A stretch of DNA of 64,000 nucleotides. It comes from Octopus vulgaris (taxonomy: Eukaryota). The notes below the pieces were generated by a model. The model saw only the letters and a program-made list of their open reading frames with translations, had not been told where the DNA came from and made no database searches. The DNA lies in the NCBI GenBank assembly GCA_951406725.2, contig OX597838.1, forward strand, positions 40,672,001-40,736,000, in the 5' to 3' direction. Positions 12,760 to 25,179 of this stretch are shown here, in pieces. Each line of letters opens with the position of its first letter. Position 1 is the first letter of the stretch. The translations under genes were made by a program, and so were the position numbers.

Positions 12760-12985
12760 TTTATTTCTTTATTGCCCACAGGGGGCTAAACATAGAGGGG
12801 ACAGACAAGGGGATTAAGTCAATTACATAGACCCCAGCACGCAAATGGGAATTTAATTTATCGACCCCGAAAGGATGAAAGGCAAAGTTGACCTCGGCGG
12901 AATTTGAACTCAGAACGTAGCGACGGGCGAAATACCGCTAAGCATTTCGTCCAGCGCGCTAACGTTTCTGCCAGCTCGCTACCTT
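12760..12985 (-). mobile_element. SINE family B (Nin/Deu-like central motif)
   Basis: Reverse complement of gagctggcagaaacgttagc...gttctgagttcaaattccgccgagg...gcctttcatcctttcggggtcgataaa. Confidence 0.85.
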
Positions 12986-13235
12986 AAGAGGAAGAACTCT
13001 AGATTGCCATCAGAAAGGAAGTTCAACATTTCGATAAGAGTAAGAATTAGCACAAAAACGAAATCATTGAATTACCAATTGTGGCTGATTTCACTGTTTA
13101 TAGTTTTTCTTAATCACTCAGTTTCGCATTTCTATTTTAAGCACCGAATCTTAAGCATAGTTTTGGTTTTATTTGTTCAACCACATAACCACTGTATGTG
13201 GTTCTATATGTATAGATATATATATATATATATAT

Positions 13236-13355
13236 TGTGAAATAGAAAGATGAATAATCTTGTTGCAGATTAATCAAAAGTTATCAAAAGATTAATCAAA
13301 AGGAATGCAATAAAACGATTTCTGTTCAATCTTCGTTCAACTCCATTTCTTCAAT

Positions 13356-13359
<4 letters not shown>
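13236..13359. mobile_element. 124-bp termini-only derivative of the 19487-22782 PLE family
   Basis: 13236-13283 matches 19487-19533 and 13309-13359 matches 22721-22771. Flanked on both sides by (TA)n. Confidence 0.8.
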
Positions 13360-13420
<61 letters not shown>

Positions 13421-13429
<9 letters not shown>

Positions 13430-13714
13430 TACATGCATACATATTTAAATATTAAAATTTAAATAGACACATATACATACATATACATATTTAAATATCA
13501 AAATTTAAATACACACGCCCGCACATACACATACACACGCATATACACAATGGGTGAGATCCAAGTAAGATCCACAGATGCCCAATATAGAACAAACGTA
13601 GTAGTGCTCAAAGGATTTGAACTTACTCTTCTAAGTTTTTATTGAGGACTGAATCCGCGGGCTAAAGAGTGACTATAGGAGATATCAAGGCGAGCTGATA
13701 TGAAGCTAGCGATG
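13421..13714. repeat. Left arm of a 294-bp near-perfect inverted duplication (partner 16339-16632)
   Basis: Direct comparison; about 1 mismatch seen by eye. Confidence 0.9.
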
Positions 13715-13789
13715 AGGTTCTTCCATTCTGCTACGATATGGTGTTTAATTAAACTAATTAGAATACTTACTTTTTCATGCTTCTAGGGG

Positions 13790-13989
13790 TTACTCTTTAC
13801 TCTTTTACTTGTTTCAGTCATTTGACTGCGGCCATGCCGGAGCACCGCCTTTAGTCGAGCAAATCGACCCCGGGACTTATTCTTTGTAAGCCCAGTACTT
13901 ATTCTATCGGTCTCTTTTTGCCGAACCGCTAAGTGACGGGGACGTAAACACACCAGCATCGGTTGTCAAGCAATGCTAGGGGGACAAAC

Positions 13990-14022
<33 letters not shown>

Positions 14023-14187
14023 CGACAAGCTTCTTTCAGTTTCCGTCTACTAAATCCACTCACAAGGCATTTGTTGGCCCGGGGCTATAGCAGAAGACAC
14101 TTGCCCAAGATGCCACGCAGTGGGACTGAACCCGGAACCATGTAGTTGGTTAGCAAGCTACTTACCACACAGCCACTCCTGCGCCTA
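13790..14187 (-). mobile_element. SINE family A, near full length
   Basis: Closely matches the reverse complement of 25337-25748. Confidence 0.9.
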
Positions 14188-15061
14188 TGATGAATCAAGT
14201 ATTTTCTAGGTTGTGAGGTATAACATCATTTGGAAACCTCTGCGCTGATGTACGCAGACTTCTTATTAGGCCGTAGGGTGTAAGGTGAGAAAGATGTGGT
14301 TACTATTTCTAGCAAATCGAGGATCCGCTCTTTGCTTGTTGTTGTAATATTGTTTAAGTGGATTGTGTTTTCATAAAGTTTTATGGAATAAAGTCGTAGC
14401 TTATTCTAAAGTGAGGCTGGATTAAAGTTGATCAGATGATTTCATGATATTGTGTGATGTTTGGTTTCCCAAGTGTATTTCGCTGCTGCAAGGAACAGAA
14501 TTAGCAGCAACTTCAAAATCTAGATTCAGCTCAGAAGGGATTTATTTCTTACTTGCACAAACCTCGACATACGGTTATAAAAATACGTTCAAGCTAACGC
14601 AGCAGTTTGTACGTAGTCGCTTAACATGCTAGAAATAGCAGCAAAGTTATCTGCAAATCACCATACAGCTCTTGAAAATAAGATACGTGGGATAAAATAT
14701 TCTGGATCCCTTCCAAACACGTAGAAAACGCGATGGTGAACTCTGATCCTAGCTCCTCTACTCCATCGGAGACAGACCTTCGCCGAAACAATAACAACAA
14801 AATGGATTTTCGATCTAGCATTCTATGATAGGGTTCCCGTCCCTGAAGAAGTGCAAATTACGCTGAAATCACGTGATGCAACAATCCCATCCGCCGGTGC
14901 TGACGAAATCTCGTCTGCCGATATTATCAGAGTGTTGTTCATTTTAACACAACGTTGCTACGAGATGATTTCTTCGAACGATTTACTACAGCTTACACGG
15001 CTTTGAAAGTGAAGTTGTACAAATTAATATTCGCCACAAAAAATTTGCTTCTGTCGCTAAT

Positions 15062-15109
<48 letters not shown>

Positions 15110-15410
15110 CTGAGTGGATATCTTTGTTCATACTATAATTTCATGCTTAAACCGATACTATATTGAAATACAATTCCACTTGAAATAGAAACAAAAGACC
15201 TCAAAATATATCTAAAAACAAACAGAAATTTCATGTAATTGTTTTCTCATAAAACATTCAAATATAACTTATCTGAATCCACTATATTTAACAGATATAA
15301 CATATGCTGACCACTATATTTTTTCAAGTGTCACTCACACTTTGTCTTCAATGTGAAGTGCGCCTGGCGGGCAGGCGGGAGTAAGATTGTTTATAATTAT
15401 ATGTTTGTGC

Positions 15411-15480
<70 letters not shown>

Positions 15481-15488
<8 letters not shown>

Positions 15489-15762
15489 TTAGAGACAAAA
15501 CCACTATTTTGCAAAACATTGTAACTGACTTATTGGAAGTCCACCTGAAGATTGTCGATCAAGACAAGAAACAATTGTAGTGGCGGTTTTTTTGACTTTT
15601 TATTAAAATTTTATGTATTGATTAAGTCTTTCCTTGTTTGTTTTGCAAAATAGTGGTTTTGTCTCTAATAATATTATATAATATTTTACTATAAAATTGG
15701 ATTTAATCCTAAATCTGATTTTTTCCCTGTAAATTTGGATTTATTCCCTAATATTTATTATC
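15481..15762 (+). mobile_element. Non-autonomous PLE pLTR with inverted 5' copy and intact hammerhead
   Basis: 38-bp perfect inverted repeat (15481-15518 / 15639-15676) brackets the ribozyme. Flanked by (TA)n. Confidence 0.8.
15541..15583 (+). ncRNA. Type I hammerhead ribozyme, canonical minimal form
   Basis: CCAC-CTGAAGA-TTGTC-gatcaa-GACAA-GAAA-CAATTG-TA-GTGG: perfect stems I and II, palindromic stem III, GUA cleavage triplet. Confidence 0.92.
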
Positions 15763-16279
15763 ATATATATATATATATATACATACATACGCCCATACAC
15801 ATAAACATCCACATATACACATATAAAATACAATTGCTATTGATACTAATACAGCTAATTCTAATACAACTGCCACAACAACTACTGCATATAAACATTA
15901 CCATAAATGCATCCTCTACTGATAGTATATCCGCGAATTCCTGCAAACTCCATCTGCCAATTACGAACATTACAACTATTACGTAATCCCGACTTCCAGA
16001 AACAGCTGTCGGACTTAAAATACTATTCTTCTCTTAGTTTTCTGTATTTTTTGTACTCAATGTAAATTTATTTATTTTTCAAATACATCCATTTCTATAT
16101 GCTTATACACGAGAAAAATTCTTTTTTCTTTTATATTTGTGTGGATATATATATATATATGTATGTATGTATATGTATATGTAGGTATGTATGTATATAT
16201 ACGTATATGTAATGTATGTATATATACGTATATGTAATGTATGTATATGTATATGTATGTATATATATGTATATGTATG

Positions 16280-16318
<39 letters not shown>

Positions 16319-16338
16319 AGACCAAACGTGTTCATATG

Positions 16339-16632
16339 CATCGCTAGCTTCATATCAGCTCGCCTTGATATCTCCTATAGTCACTCTTTAGCCCGCGGAT
16401 TCAGTCCTCAATAAAAACTTAGAAGAGTAAGTTCAAATCCTTTGAGCACTACTACGTTTGTTCTATATTGGGCATCTGTGGATCTTACTTGGATCTCACC
16501 CATTGTGTATATGCGTGTGTATGTGTATATGCGGGCGTGTGTATTTAAATTTTGATATTTAAATATGTATATGTATGTATATGTGTCTATTTAAATTTTA
16601 ATATTTAAATATGTATGCATGTATATATGTAT
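16339..16632. repeat. Right arm of the inverted duplication of 13421-13714, embedded between (TA)n tracts
   Basis: Direct comparison with the left arm. Confidence 0.9.
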
Positions 16633-16651
16633 GTATATATATATATATACA

Positions 16652-16711
<60 letters not shown>

Positions 16712-16825
16712 CAATGATTATATAAGTTTTTACCGAATATGTTCTTTTTCCATACCGAAATACTATTAGGTGAAATTTATTGATTTTATAAAATTAATTA
16801 TCTTTCACTCTATATCTGTAATGAT

Positions 16826-16932
<107 letters not shown>

Positions 16933-18859
16933 TTATTTATTTATTTATATTTATATATATACATAAGACAATTATAATGGATACAGAGATTAGTATATCT
17001 GCATAGGTTTTTTTTTATTACTACAATCGATTAGACGGTAAATTCGTCCGACGCACGTTTCTGCCGCATAAGCAACTTGCGATTGCCTTTGCATCGAGTT
17101 ACGTTCGATTGGCTTTTAGTCTATGCAACTTTATTGAGGATCCTTCCACTGGCATAGTCCTAGGTGATTTAGGTGTATGTAGGCCTGGGTAGTGTTAATT
17201 TATTTGATCACTGTATTTTTTGAGTTAAAAGAATGTGATAGGAAGATTTGGAAATCTGATATGGCTATAAAAACTACCAGGAATTTTGAGGTTCGGAATA
17301 GGAATACTCGACCATGAATAAGGTCAAACTATATTTTAAGAAAATATTTTGTATTTTTTTTTTTAAATAACTAGATGTAAGTATCTAGATGCAAATGCCA
17401 TTGATAGTACACCCGAAACGTGCGTTGGACAAATTTAGAACAAATATCCTGGATGTAGAAACAAAATACGATAAGCAAAATACGATTTGCTTATCTCTGT
17501 ATTCATTGTCTTGGATATACACTTAGCGCGCCAGAATCAAGACTATAGTTGAGTGTTCGTATGGTACCCGACCGGATACTTTATCGCTATCTATTCATTA
17601 TACACACACATTACATATATATATATAACAATAGGATAATAAGAAATTATTATTACCAGTGGCCTAGTACTGGTAGTTAGTTTTACATGTGGATCTGACT
17701 GTATGTATATTTGAAATCGAAAGGCTGTCCCACTGATGAAGACTGGCCTTCAGCAAATATTTTTTTGCTGGAAATAGTTAGAAACCATGGTCTGGAAAAT
17801 AATTGAGATGGTAAACGTTTAATTTTCATTCCTTTCGAGAATTTATCCTTAATTGAGTTTTCTACTGCTCTTTCTAGCACAAGGCTTTCCTATTTGGAAG
17901 CCTCTTGTATTTCTATAATTATATATATAGTGATTTCCACATCTTTTCAGAGGAAAGCCATCACTTCAGTTATTAAGTGCCGTCATAATACCTCATGTGA
18001 CAAACGAGTCCAGCTTTAGACCTGTAACACCCTGCAGCGGGTGTTGCAAACTTTGCCAGGCAGAAAAGTGTCTGGGTGTATTTATTAAAGCTTGTTTTCA
18101 TACCAAGTTCTATGTATTAACAATTTTAAGTAAAAGTGAAGGATTAGCCAATACTTTTTAGTGAAGTACTTATTTATGAAGTTTTACGAGAAAAATGTTG
18201 ACTGTGACTTCGCGGTTTCGGCTTGTTCGAAACTTATGAGTAATCTTACTTTACAAACTCTGATATTTGAATGAGCGTTTGTATGATCATTTTATAAACA
18301 TACATATATACACACGCACACAAGTATAAACGTGTATATATACATAAATATATTATCATACATCATACACACACACCACACATCACACCACATCACACAC
18401 ATCACACCACATCACACACATCACACAGACATATATATATATATATATTCTTCCACTGGTTTCAGCCAGAGACTAGGGCCATGCGGGAGCTGGTTTCAGC
18501 CAGAGACTAGGGCCATGCGGGAGCACCGTCTTTTAAGGTGTTTCGGGCGGAGAGGTGGGGTCTGTATTGATTTGGGTGAAATAGCGACTTGGACGGAACC
18601 GCTCTTCTTTGTGCCTCCTGCCGCGATGTGGATTCATCTGACATTTCAGTTAAAATTTTGTCTACACACCCTTTGAACACCTCCGCATGGATATTTAGTG
18701 TCACGTTAAGAAGCAGAGCACAGCACCAGAATTTTTTTTACTCGAATCAAATATAGCACACTACTCCGAATAGCTTTAAAATATCGGCATCAGTAGAATT
18801 AAGAGGACTAATATGGGCTAGCATCGAGTCTTTTTGGTTGTAATAATGAAATGAAACCA

Positions 18860-19075
18860 AGGCGGTGAGCTGGCAGAAAGGTTAGCACGCCGGGCGAGAT
18901 GCTTAGCGGTATTTCATCTGTCTTCATGTTCTGAGTTCAAATTCCGCCGAGGTCGACTTTGCCTTTCATCCTTTCGGAGGTCAATAAATTAAGTACCAGT
19001 TGTGTACTGGTATCGATCTAATCGACTGGTCCCCTCCCTAAAATTTTTGGCCTTGTGCCTAGAGTAGAAACGAAT
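18860..19075 (+). mobile_element. SINE family B, full length
   Basis: ggcggtgagctggcagaa...gagttcaaattcc (B-box)...gcctttcatcctttcgg...ggccttgtgcctagagtagaaa. Confidence 0.9.
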
Positions 19076-19317
19076 AAGGAAATCAAAGCCAACGGTGATA
19101 GGCACGTTTCAGATTTGCCTAATATATACTTTAAGTGAGGAATTTAATGTTATGGATGCATTTCCTGTTATACATTAGGCAAACCGGAAACTTACATATT
19201 AAATTATTTTAAAATACCACTATTTGCTTTAATTTCAAAATCAAAACAACATGTATATATATATATATATATATATATAATCTACATGTTTCTCTCACTG
19301 TTTATTTTCCCTTATTC

Positions 19318-19353
19318 CTTTCTGTTGAAGAGTGTAGGCTCGAAAAGTAGAAG
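19318..19353 (+). ncRNA. Degenerate A6U-type minimal hammerhead in a short (TA)n-flanked element
   Basis: CTTT-CTGTTGA-A-GAGT-gtag-GCTC-GAAA-AG-TA-GAAG; homologous to 42363-42398. Confidence 0.5.
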
Positions 19354-19393
19354 ACTTTCATTTTCCCGAGCGTCAAACTAACATATGTATGTG

Positions 19394-19478
<85 letters not shown>

Positions 19479-19680
19479 ATATATTATGTGAAATAGAAAT
19501 ATGAATAATCTTGTAGCAGATTAATCAAAAGTTGGTAGCAAAAATCACAGCAGAAGACAGCACGGTTGGAGGTACAACCATATGGTGTTGCAACCGTGCG
19601 TTGGTGCGGATAATTGAAATTAAAATATTATTGGTGAATTGAAGAAATGGAGCTGAACGAAGATTGCACAGAAATCGTTT

Positions 19681-19766
19681 TATTTCATTCTACACGTGTT
19701 TCGAAATTTACCAAAATCCGATTGAATAATGAGACCATATTGTGTCTTTCTCTTCAGGAAGAAATA
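19681..19766 (-). ncRNA. Type I hammerhead ribozyme in the 3' pLTR
   Basis: TATTTCTTC-CTGAAGA-GAAA...TTTC-GAAA-CACGTG-TA-GAATGAAATA. It has a 7-nt deletion in stem/loop II relative to the 22632 copy. Confidence 0.82.
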
Positions 19767-20397
19767 GGAAATCCGTTGGAAAAAACAAAAACAGAACAGA
19801 GGCGAAGCAAAACAAATCGAACTAGGCTCCTAAGAGCCCATGGCAAAACTGTTTATCAGTGTATGTTGAGAACCGGTGGTTGAAGATTTTAACGGGTCAG
19901 GCAGCGGTCATTCCTGTGGGTGAGGGTGTGTAGATGTTCTTTGTGACCGAGAATAAAGTTCTGACTATTTAAGGAATATTGGATGTTTTATAAGGGGCGA
20001 GAAAAAATCTACTTAGAGACATGTGTGTGTTTACTGTTCTGTATATGTGTGCTGGCGCGGGATGGCAAAACCTCCGTCAAGGGGTAGAAAACATTTTTTG
20101 TGTACGTGTGTGCGTTTGATCGCTCGGCTGTCAGTGGTTAAGCCGCTCTACACAATGGCTACTGCAGTAAGAACCGTTGGGTGGCAGAAAAAATATATTA
20201 TGTTTTATGTGTGCGTGTGTTCGTCTGAACCTGCCTTGTCAAGGAAACCCCCCGTCGTCAAAAAACAAAAAACAAAAAACAAAGCCCCGTTTATCTTACA
20301 GGAGTAATTCCCCTTGCAGTGGTTAATCGTAATTATCTTAAAGGCTATTTCAGAATTTGTTACCAAGGGCTATGGGTGCAGGTATTATTTATAAACG

Positions 20398-22275
20398 CTA
20401 TTTAAAAGCCAGATAAGTGTAACGCCGCCAATGGGGGCATCGAAAAGCCGACTGTAAAAGTCCGTTTACCATCCGGCCTCTAGCGAACAAAATATGGAAG
20501 AGTTCGGAGACACAAAGGTTGCACTTCCTTCTGCCCCTATCAAATGGGAGGGCCACCGACAAAATTGACCATTGCAGCCTGTAGCTTGAGTTCGTATCCT
20601 TCAATCGCCATATTAGCTTGCTGAGTCCCGTGGTCTGGCGTTTGTTCACGTCCCGAAAAGTTGCGTAATGATTGGAGATTCGCAAAGCCAATCTTGACGA
20701 TGAGGCCCCTACATAAGTGTAGACATCTGAGTCCGTGTAAACCTTGCATTGGTAGACGGCGTTTCTGATCTTGGAGTTCGCCGTCGTGAATCTTATTCTG
20801 CTAGGATTAGTTTCTGAAATTAGAACTGCGTTTCTGTCACTATATTTGTTACGAGAACTGCAGCCGCTTACTACTTTATTTTCCACTACGTCACTATTAA
20901 CTAACGGAATAACCCCTGATTCTCCACTATCTATCAGAGTGCTGTCATTGCTAGTGCCCGTGGTGCTGCTATTGGGGGAAATGATGCTGGGGTTGCTATT
21001 GGGGCTCTCTACCCTACTCCCATTGTTACCGTCAACCACAACACCCCTATTTATAACTATACCCCTAGTGTGTACTCCCTGGCTGGAGCTGAGATTATGT
21101 GTCACTGTACTGGCTCTCATATCATTATTACTACTATAATTATTCCTACTGAGCATTAAACCGGGAGCGGAAGAGGCTGTGCCTCCGGAAAAAGGTGATA
21201 GGGTCTTAGTAAGTAGCCTATTATTATGGGAGGCGATTATCTGGGCGAGGTTTTTAGTGTTGGAGAAAGCTATCCTAACTTTATGCGAGTTGACCGTGGA
21301 GTAATATTTGGAATTTCTGGGGAAGTTATTGGCGATGGCTTGTCTAAACATGAGGGGGAGGTTAGTTCTAATCTGCTTACCAAAGGGAATTACAAACCAT
21401 ATATGCTTATTCCTATCTGTGTGATGGGTCGGGACGCCAGCTCTCGCATTCGGGTGGGTGATTCTCGGATGAATAACGGGTTTTGGGTTAGTGTGAGATC
21501 TCCCGGACCGATAAATATCCTTGTTCGCTAAATTAAATGCGGGAGCGACTGCCCCAGCACCCGCCGCGCTTCCGTCCCTACTTAAATTGTTTATGTTATT
21601 ATAGACGGCCCTATCCTGATGACCGAATGATGGCATCGGAAGGGCCGGATCAATATAAATTACCTTCTGCCTATAACCGGCCTTGGATAGTGCGGCGTTA
21701 TAAAATTCCGCTTTCTGCATAAAAATATCGGCACTGGCGGACAAGCCAGACAATCTTAGAGAGATGTTTTTAACCAAGTTGTCTGTTACGGTTTTGGCAT
21801 GATTTGAGAAGACACTGACATACTTCAAATTAGTGGAAGGCTTATGGTAAGGGCAGTATGAGTTGCTATTAAGGTTAAGTGTAACGTCTAGGAAATTAGC
21901 CTTGGTGAGTTCATTATCAAAAACTATATTCATGCCCATTCTATTAAAAAACCTAGCTAACCTGCTCTTAGTTTTCTGCACTATTCTGTTCGTGGTGTTT
22001 TGCAGGTAAAACAGACAATCGTCACGATACAGGCCGCCCGCGATCTCCGGGAATTGGTCGGACAATTCGTAGAGAATATATATTCCGACCAAATCGGCTA
22101 TCTGCGCACTATCCGAACTACCCATAGGCACATCAAATTCATTGGGAGTATCTTTACGGATCCACAACTTATTATCAAACTTAATAAACGATTTCCTGGC
22201 AACTAAAATGATATCTATCTCTTCTCTGGTGAGGCCAGCCTTGTTGTGAGCATGCCAAAGGGCCTTATTTAGCAC
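20398..22275 (-). CDS. PLE reverse transcriptase-GIY-YIG endonuclease (N-terminally truncated; frame extends to about 22355)
   Basis: Upstream FIQFDIASFYPSI, then FDVPMGSSDSAQIADLVG, GLYRDD, FLDVTLNL, SNH, IWF. The EN domain reads AVYQC..YVG..RISNH..WSIL..CNLC..CPH, the Naiad-like motif set. Confidence 0.92.
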   Translation of the reverse strand: MLNKALWHAHNKAGLTREEIDIILVARKSFIKFDNKLWIRKDTPNEFDVPMGSSDSAQIADLVGIYILYELSDQFPEIAGGLYRDDCLFYLQNTTNRIVQKTKSRLARFFNRMGMNIVFDNELTKANFLDVTLNLNSNSYCPYHKPSTNLKYVSVFSNHAKTVTDNLVKNISLRLSGLSASADIFMQKAEFYNAALSKAGYRQKVIYIDPALPMPSFGHQDRAVYNNINNLSRDGSAAGAGAVAPAFNLANKDIYRSGRSHTNPKPVIHPRITHPNARAGVPTHHTDRNKHIWFVIPFGKQIRTNLPLMFRQAIANNFPRNSKYYSTVNSHKVRIAFSNTKNLAQIIASHNNRLLTKTLSPFSGGTASSAPGLMLSRNNYSSNNDMRASTVTHNLSSSQGVHTRGIVINRGVVVDGNNGSRVESPNSNPSIISPNSSTTGTSNDSTLIDSGESGVIPLVNSDVVENKVVSGCSSRNKYSDRNAVLISETNPSRIRFTTANSKIRNAVYQCKVYTDSDVYTYVGASSSRLALRISNHYATFRDVNKRQTTGLSKLIWRLKDTNSSYRLQWSILSVALPFDRGRRKCNLCVSELFHILFARGRMVNGLLQSAFRCPHWRRYTYLAFK

Positions 22276-22631
22276 ACTAGGGTTAATCGAGGGGTAGAAG
22301 CTGGCGATATCAAACTGAATGAACCTAGTACGGTTCTTATTGGGGATGGAAGAGAATCACTTCACTACCTGCCACACATGTCTCTAAGTAGATTTTCTCG
22401 CCCCTTATAAAACATCCAATATTCCTTAAATAGTCAGAACTTTATTCTCGGTCACAAAGAACATCTACACACCCTCACCCACAGGAATGACCGCTGCCTG
22501 ACCCGTTAAAATCTTCAACCACCGGTTCTCAACATACACTGATAAACAGTTTTGCCATGGGCTCTTAGGAGCCTAGTTCGATTTGTTTTGCTCCGCCTCT
22601 GTTCTGTTTTTGTTTTTTCCAACGGATTTCC

Positions 22632-22724
22632 TATTTCTTCCTGAAGAGAAAGACACAATATGGTCTCATTATTCAATCGGATTTTGGTAAATTGTACCTT
22701 TCGAAACACGTGTAGAATGAAATA
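22632..22724 (+). ncRNA. Type I hammerhead ribozyme in the inverted pLTR copy
   Basis: Stem I 22632-22640/22715-22724, CTGAAGA 22641-22647, stem II GAAAG/CTTTC, GAAA 22703-22706, palindrome CACGTG, GUA triplet. Confidence 0.88.
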
Positions 22725-22779
22725 AAACGATTTCTGTGCAATCTTCGTTCAGCTCCATTTCTTCAATTCACCAATAATA

Positions 22780-22845
<66 letters not shown>

Positions 22846-22958
22846 TTATATATATATACATATATATACATATATTTATATATATATATATACATATATT
22901 TATATATATATACATACATACATATACCTCAAAATAAGCAACAGGATATCCAGAGGTG

Positions 22959-23044
22959 TGCAGTACGACCGTTTCAAGTGGCTTCATTTAATTGAGCAAT
23001 GCAATCATTACATCAATTTAAATGCACGGCTATCCTCAGCTGCA
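22959..23044 (-). ncRNA. Type I hammerhead ribozyme of another pLTR fragment (about 22925-23390)
   Basis: TGCAG-CTGAGGA-long irregular stem II (catttaaattga/tcaattaaatg)-GAAA-CGGTCG-TA-CTGCA. Confidence 0.72.
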
Positions 23045-23610
23045 TAAATAAATAAACAGAAGTGTTTTAATCAGTCGGGCATATTTGTATAATTTTACTT
23101 CAATCCTCTAAGAGGGTAAGAAGACAGACAAAATCCATTCTGTTGCTACTTCAGCTTAGAAGTTTCTAAGACATCAGGAGAAAAGAAATTTTGTTTGGGT
23201 CATAGTTTGTCACTGAATTTGGTTCAGTTTTAATTTATTAGTCTCGTATATCAAGTCTTTGTATATCAAATCTAAGACTAGAAAATAGTGTCAGTTAGGA
23301 AAGGGCATGGGGGAGTTGACAGAATTAGAATGGGTGTAGTCATAAAACTTGTCAAAATTATTTTACAGTAGTATATGATAACCGACTGTAATGAGGTTGG
23401 GAAGTGGAAGACGTCAGATCAGCGGTTCGGCTAAAGACTCGTAGAATACCAGACTTATACAAAAAAATAAAATAAAATAAGTACTGGGGTCGATATATTC
23501 GACTAAAAATTCTTCAATTCTTCACAGCAGTGTCCCAGCATGGCCGCAGTCTAATGACTGAAACAAGTAAAAGACAACGGATGTGTATATATATACATAT
23601 ATATATACAT

Positions 23611-23670
<60 letters not shown>

Positions 23671-23673
<3 letters not shown>

Positions 23674-24075
23674 AAATTTAGAGGAATGACCACTAATAGT
23701 GGACAGCCTGTATGCTAGAAATAGGCGTCAAACTCGCCATTTACCACAAAGAATGTGTTCTCAAAAAAAATTCAGCAAAAAAACAAAGTTTAAAAATAAG
23801 CAAGACAAATGAAAATATACGAAATAAAAAACGGTTTCGTATATTTTCATTTGTCTAGCATATTTTTAAACTTTGTTTTTTTGCTGAATTTTTTCTTGAG
23901 AACACATTCTTTGTGGTAAATTGACGCCTATTTCTAGCATACAGGCTGTCCACTATTAGCGGTCATTCCTCTAAATTTTGTATGTATAAAATTTTTAATC
24001 TTCGGATTTTTTTTTTAAATATGCTAGACCACTGGTTTTAATTGATTAATATCGATTTCTACCCTTATTTAATTA
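23671..24075. mobile_element. Fold-back pLTR-like element with roughly 150-bp arms
   Basis: 23671-23824 versus 23835-23981 is near-perfect with a 10-nt loop, followed by an unpaired tail to about 24075. Flanked by (TA)n. Confidence 0.85.
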
Positions 24076-24094
24076 TATATATATATATATATAT

Positions 24095-24209
24095 CCACTG
24101 CGTGGCATCTTGGGCAAGTGTCTTCTGCTATAGCCTCGGGCCGACCAATGCCTTGTGAGTGGATTTGGTAGACGGAAACTGAAAGAAGCCTGTCGTATAT
24201 ATGTATATA

Positions 24210-24289
<80 letters not shown>

Positions 24290-24643
24290 ATGAGGTTGGG
24301 AAGTGGAAGACGTCAGATCAGCGGTTCGGCTAAAGACTCATAGAAAACCAGACTTATACAAAAAAATAAAGTAAAATAAGTACTGGGGTCGATATATTCG
24401 ACTAATATATATATATATAAGTGTGTGTGTATATGTTTGTGTGTCTGTGTTTGTCCCCCTAGCATTGCTTGACAACCGATGCTGGTGTGTTTACGTCCCC
24501 GTCACTTAGCGGTTCGGCAAAACAGACCGATAGAATAAGTACTGGGCTTACAAAGAATAAGTCCCGGGATCGATTTGCTCGACTAAAGGCGGTGCTCCAG
24601 CATGGCCGCAGTCAAATGACTGAAACAAGTAAAAGAGTAAGAG
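24095..24643 (+). mobile_element. SINE family A (5'-truncated) with a 120-bp insertion in its (TA)n
   Basis: ccactgcgtggcatcttgggcaagtg...aaacaagtaaaagagtaagag. The segment 24286-24405 duplicates 23387-23506. Confidence 0.88.
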
Positions 24644-24646
24644 TAT

Positions 24647-24692
<46 letters not shown>

Positions 24693-24762
24693 GGGGTGGG
24701 GTTCATATACATATATACATATATATATACATATATATATATTTGCATATGAACCCCACCCC

Positions 24763-24846
<84 letters not shown>

Positions 24847-25131
24847 GGGGTGGGGTTCATATACATATATACATTTGCATACGGCCATATTATTACTTAT
24901 ATTACTTATATATTTAATTCACGTAGTGAAAAGTTCTATCGATCGCATTGCAGTGATTGTCATTTCTTCGTTGCTGTAGACAGACAGACAGACAGACAGA
25001 CAGAAAGTCAGACAGACAGACATATTTGTTTGGTTTTATGGCCTTAGTTCTGTCGTTTCTGTCTCGGGTGTTTATGGTGTTTGCTTGATCTGATTAACTT
25101 TTGCATTTGATATATGGGCGTGCGTGTGTGT

Positions 25132-25179
<48 letters not shown>

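Larger units (their letters stand above)
19487..22782 (-). mobile_element. Naiad-type Penelope-like retroelement, 5'-truncated with inverted pLTR copy
   Basis: RT-GIY-YIG ORF plus a roughly 400-bp inverted repeat (about 19625-20027 versus 22373-22782). Both arms carry a hammerhead and both flanks are (TA)n. Confidence 0.92.

Noticed and set aside
18457-18524. 34-bp perfect tandem duplication
   Set aside because: A simple local duplication in a SINE-tail-like sequence with no further structure.
19625-22782. Interpretation of the 400-bp inverted repeats as DNA-transposon TIRs
   Set aside because: The enclosed ORF is RT-GIY-YIG, the arms are asymmetric and contain hammerheads; this is the PLE inverted pLTR structure.
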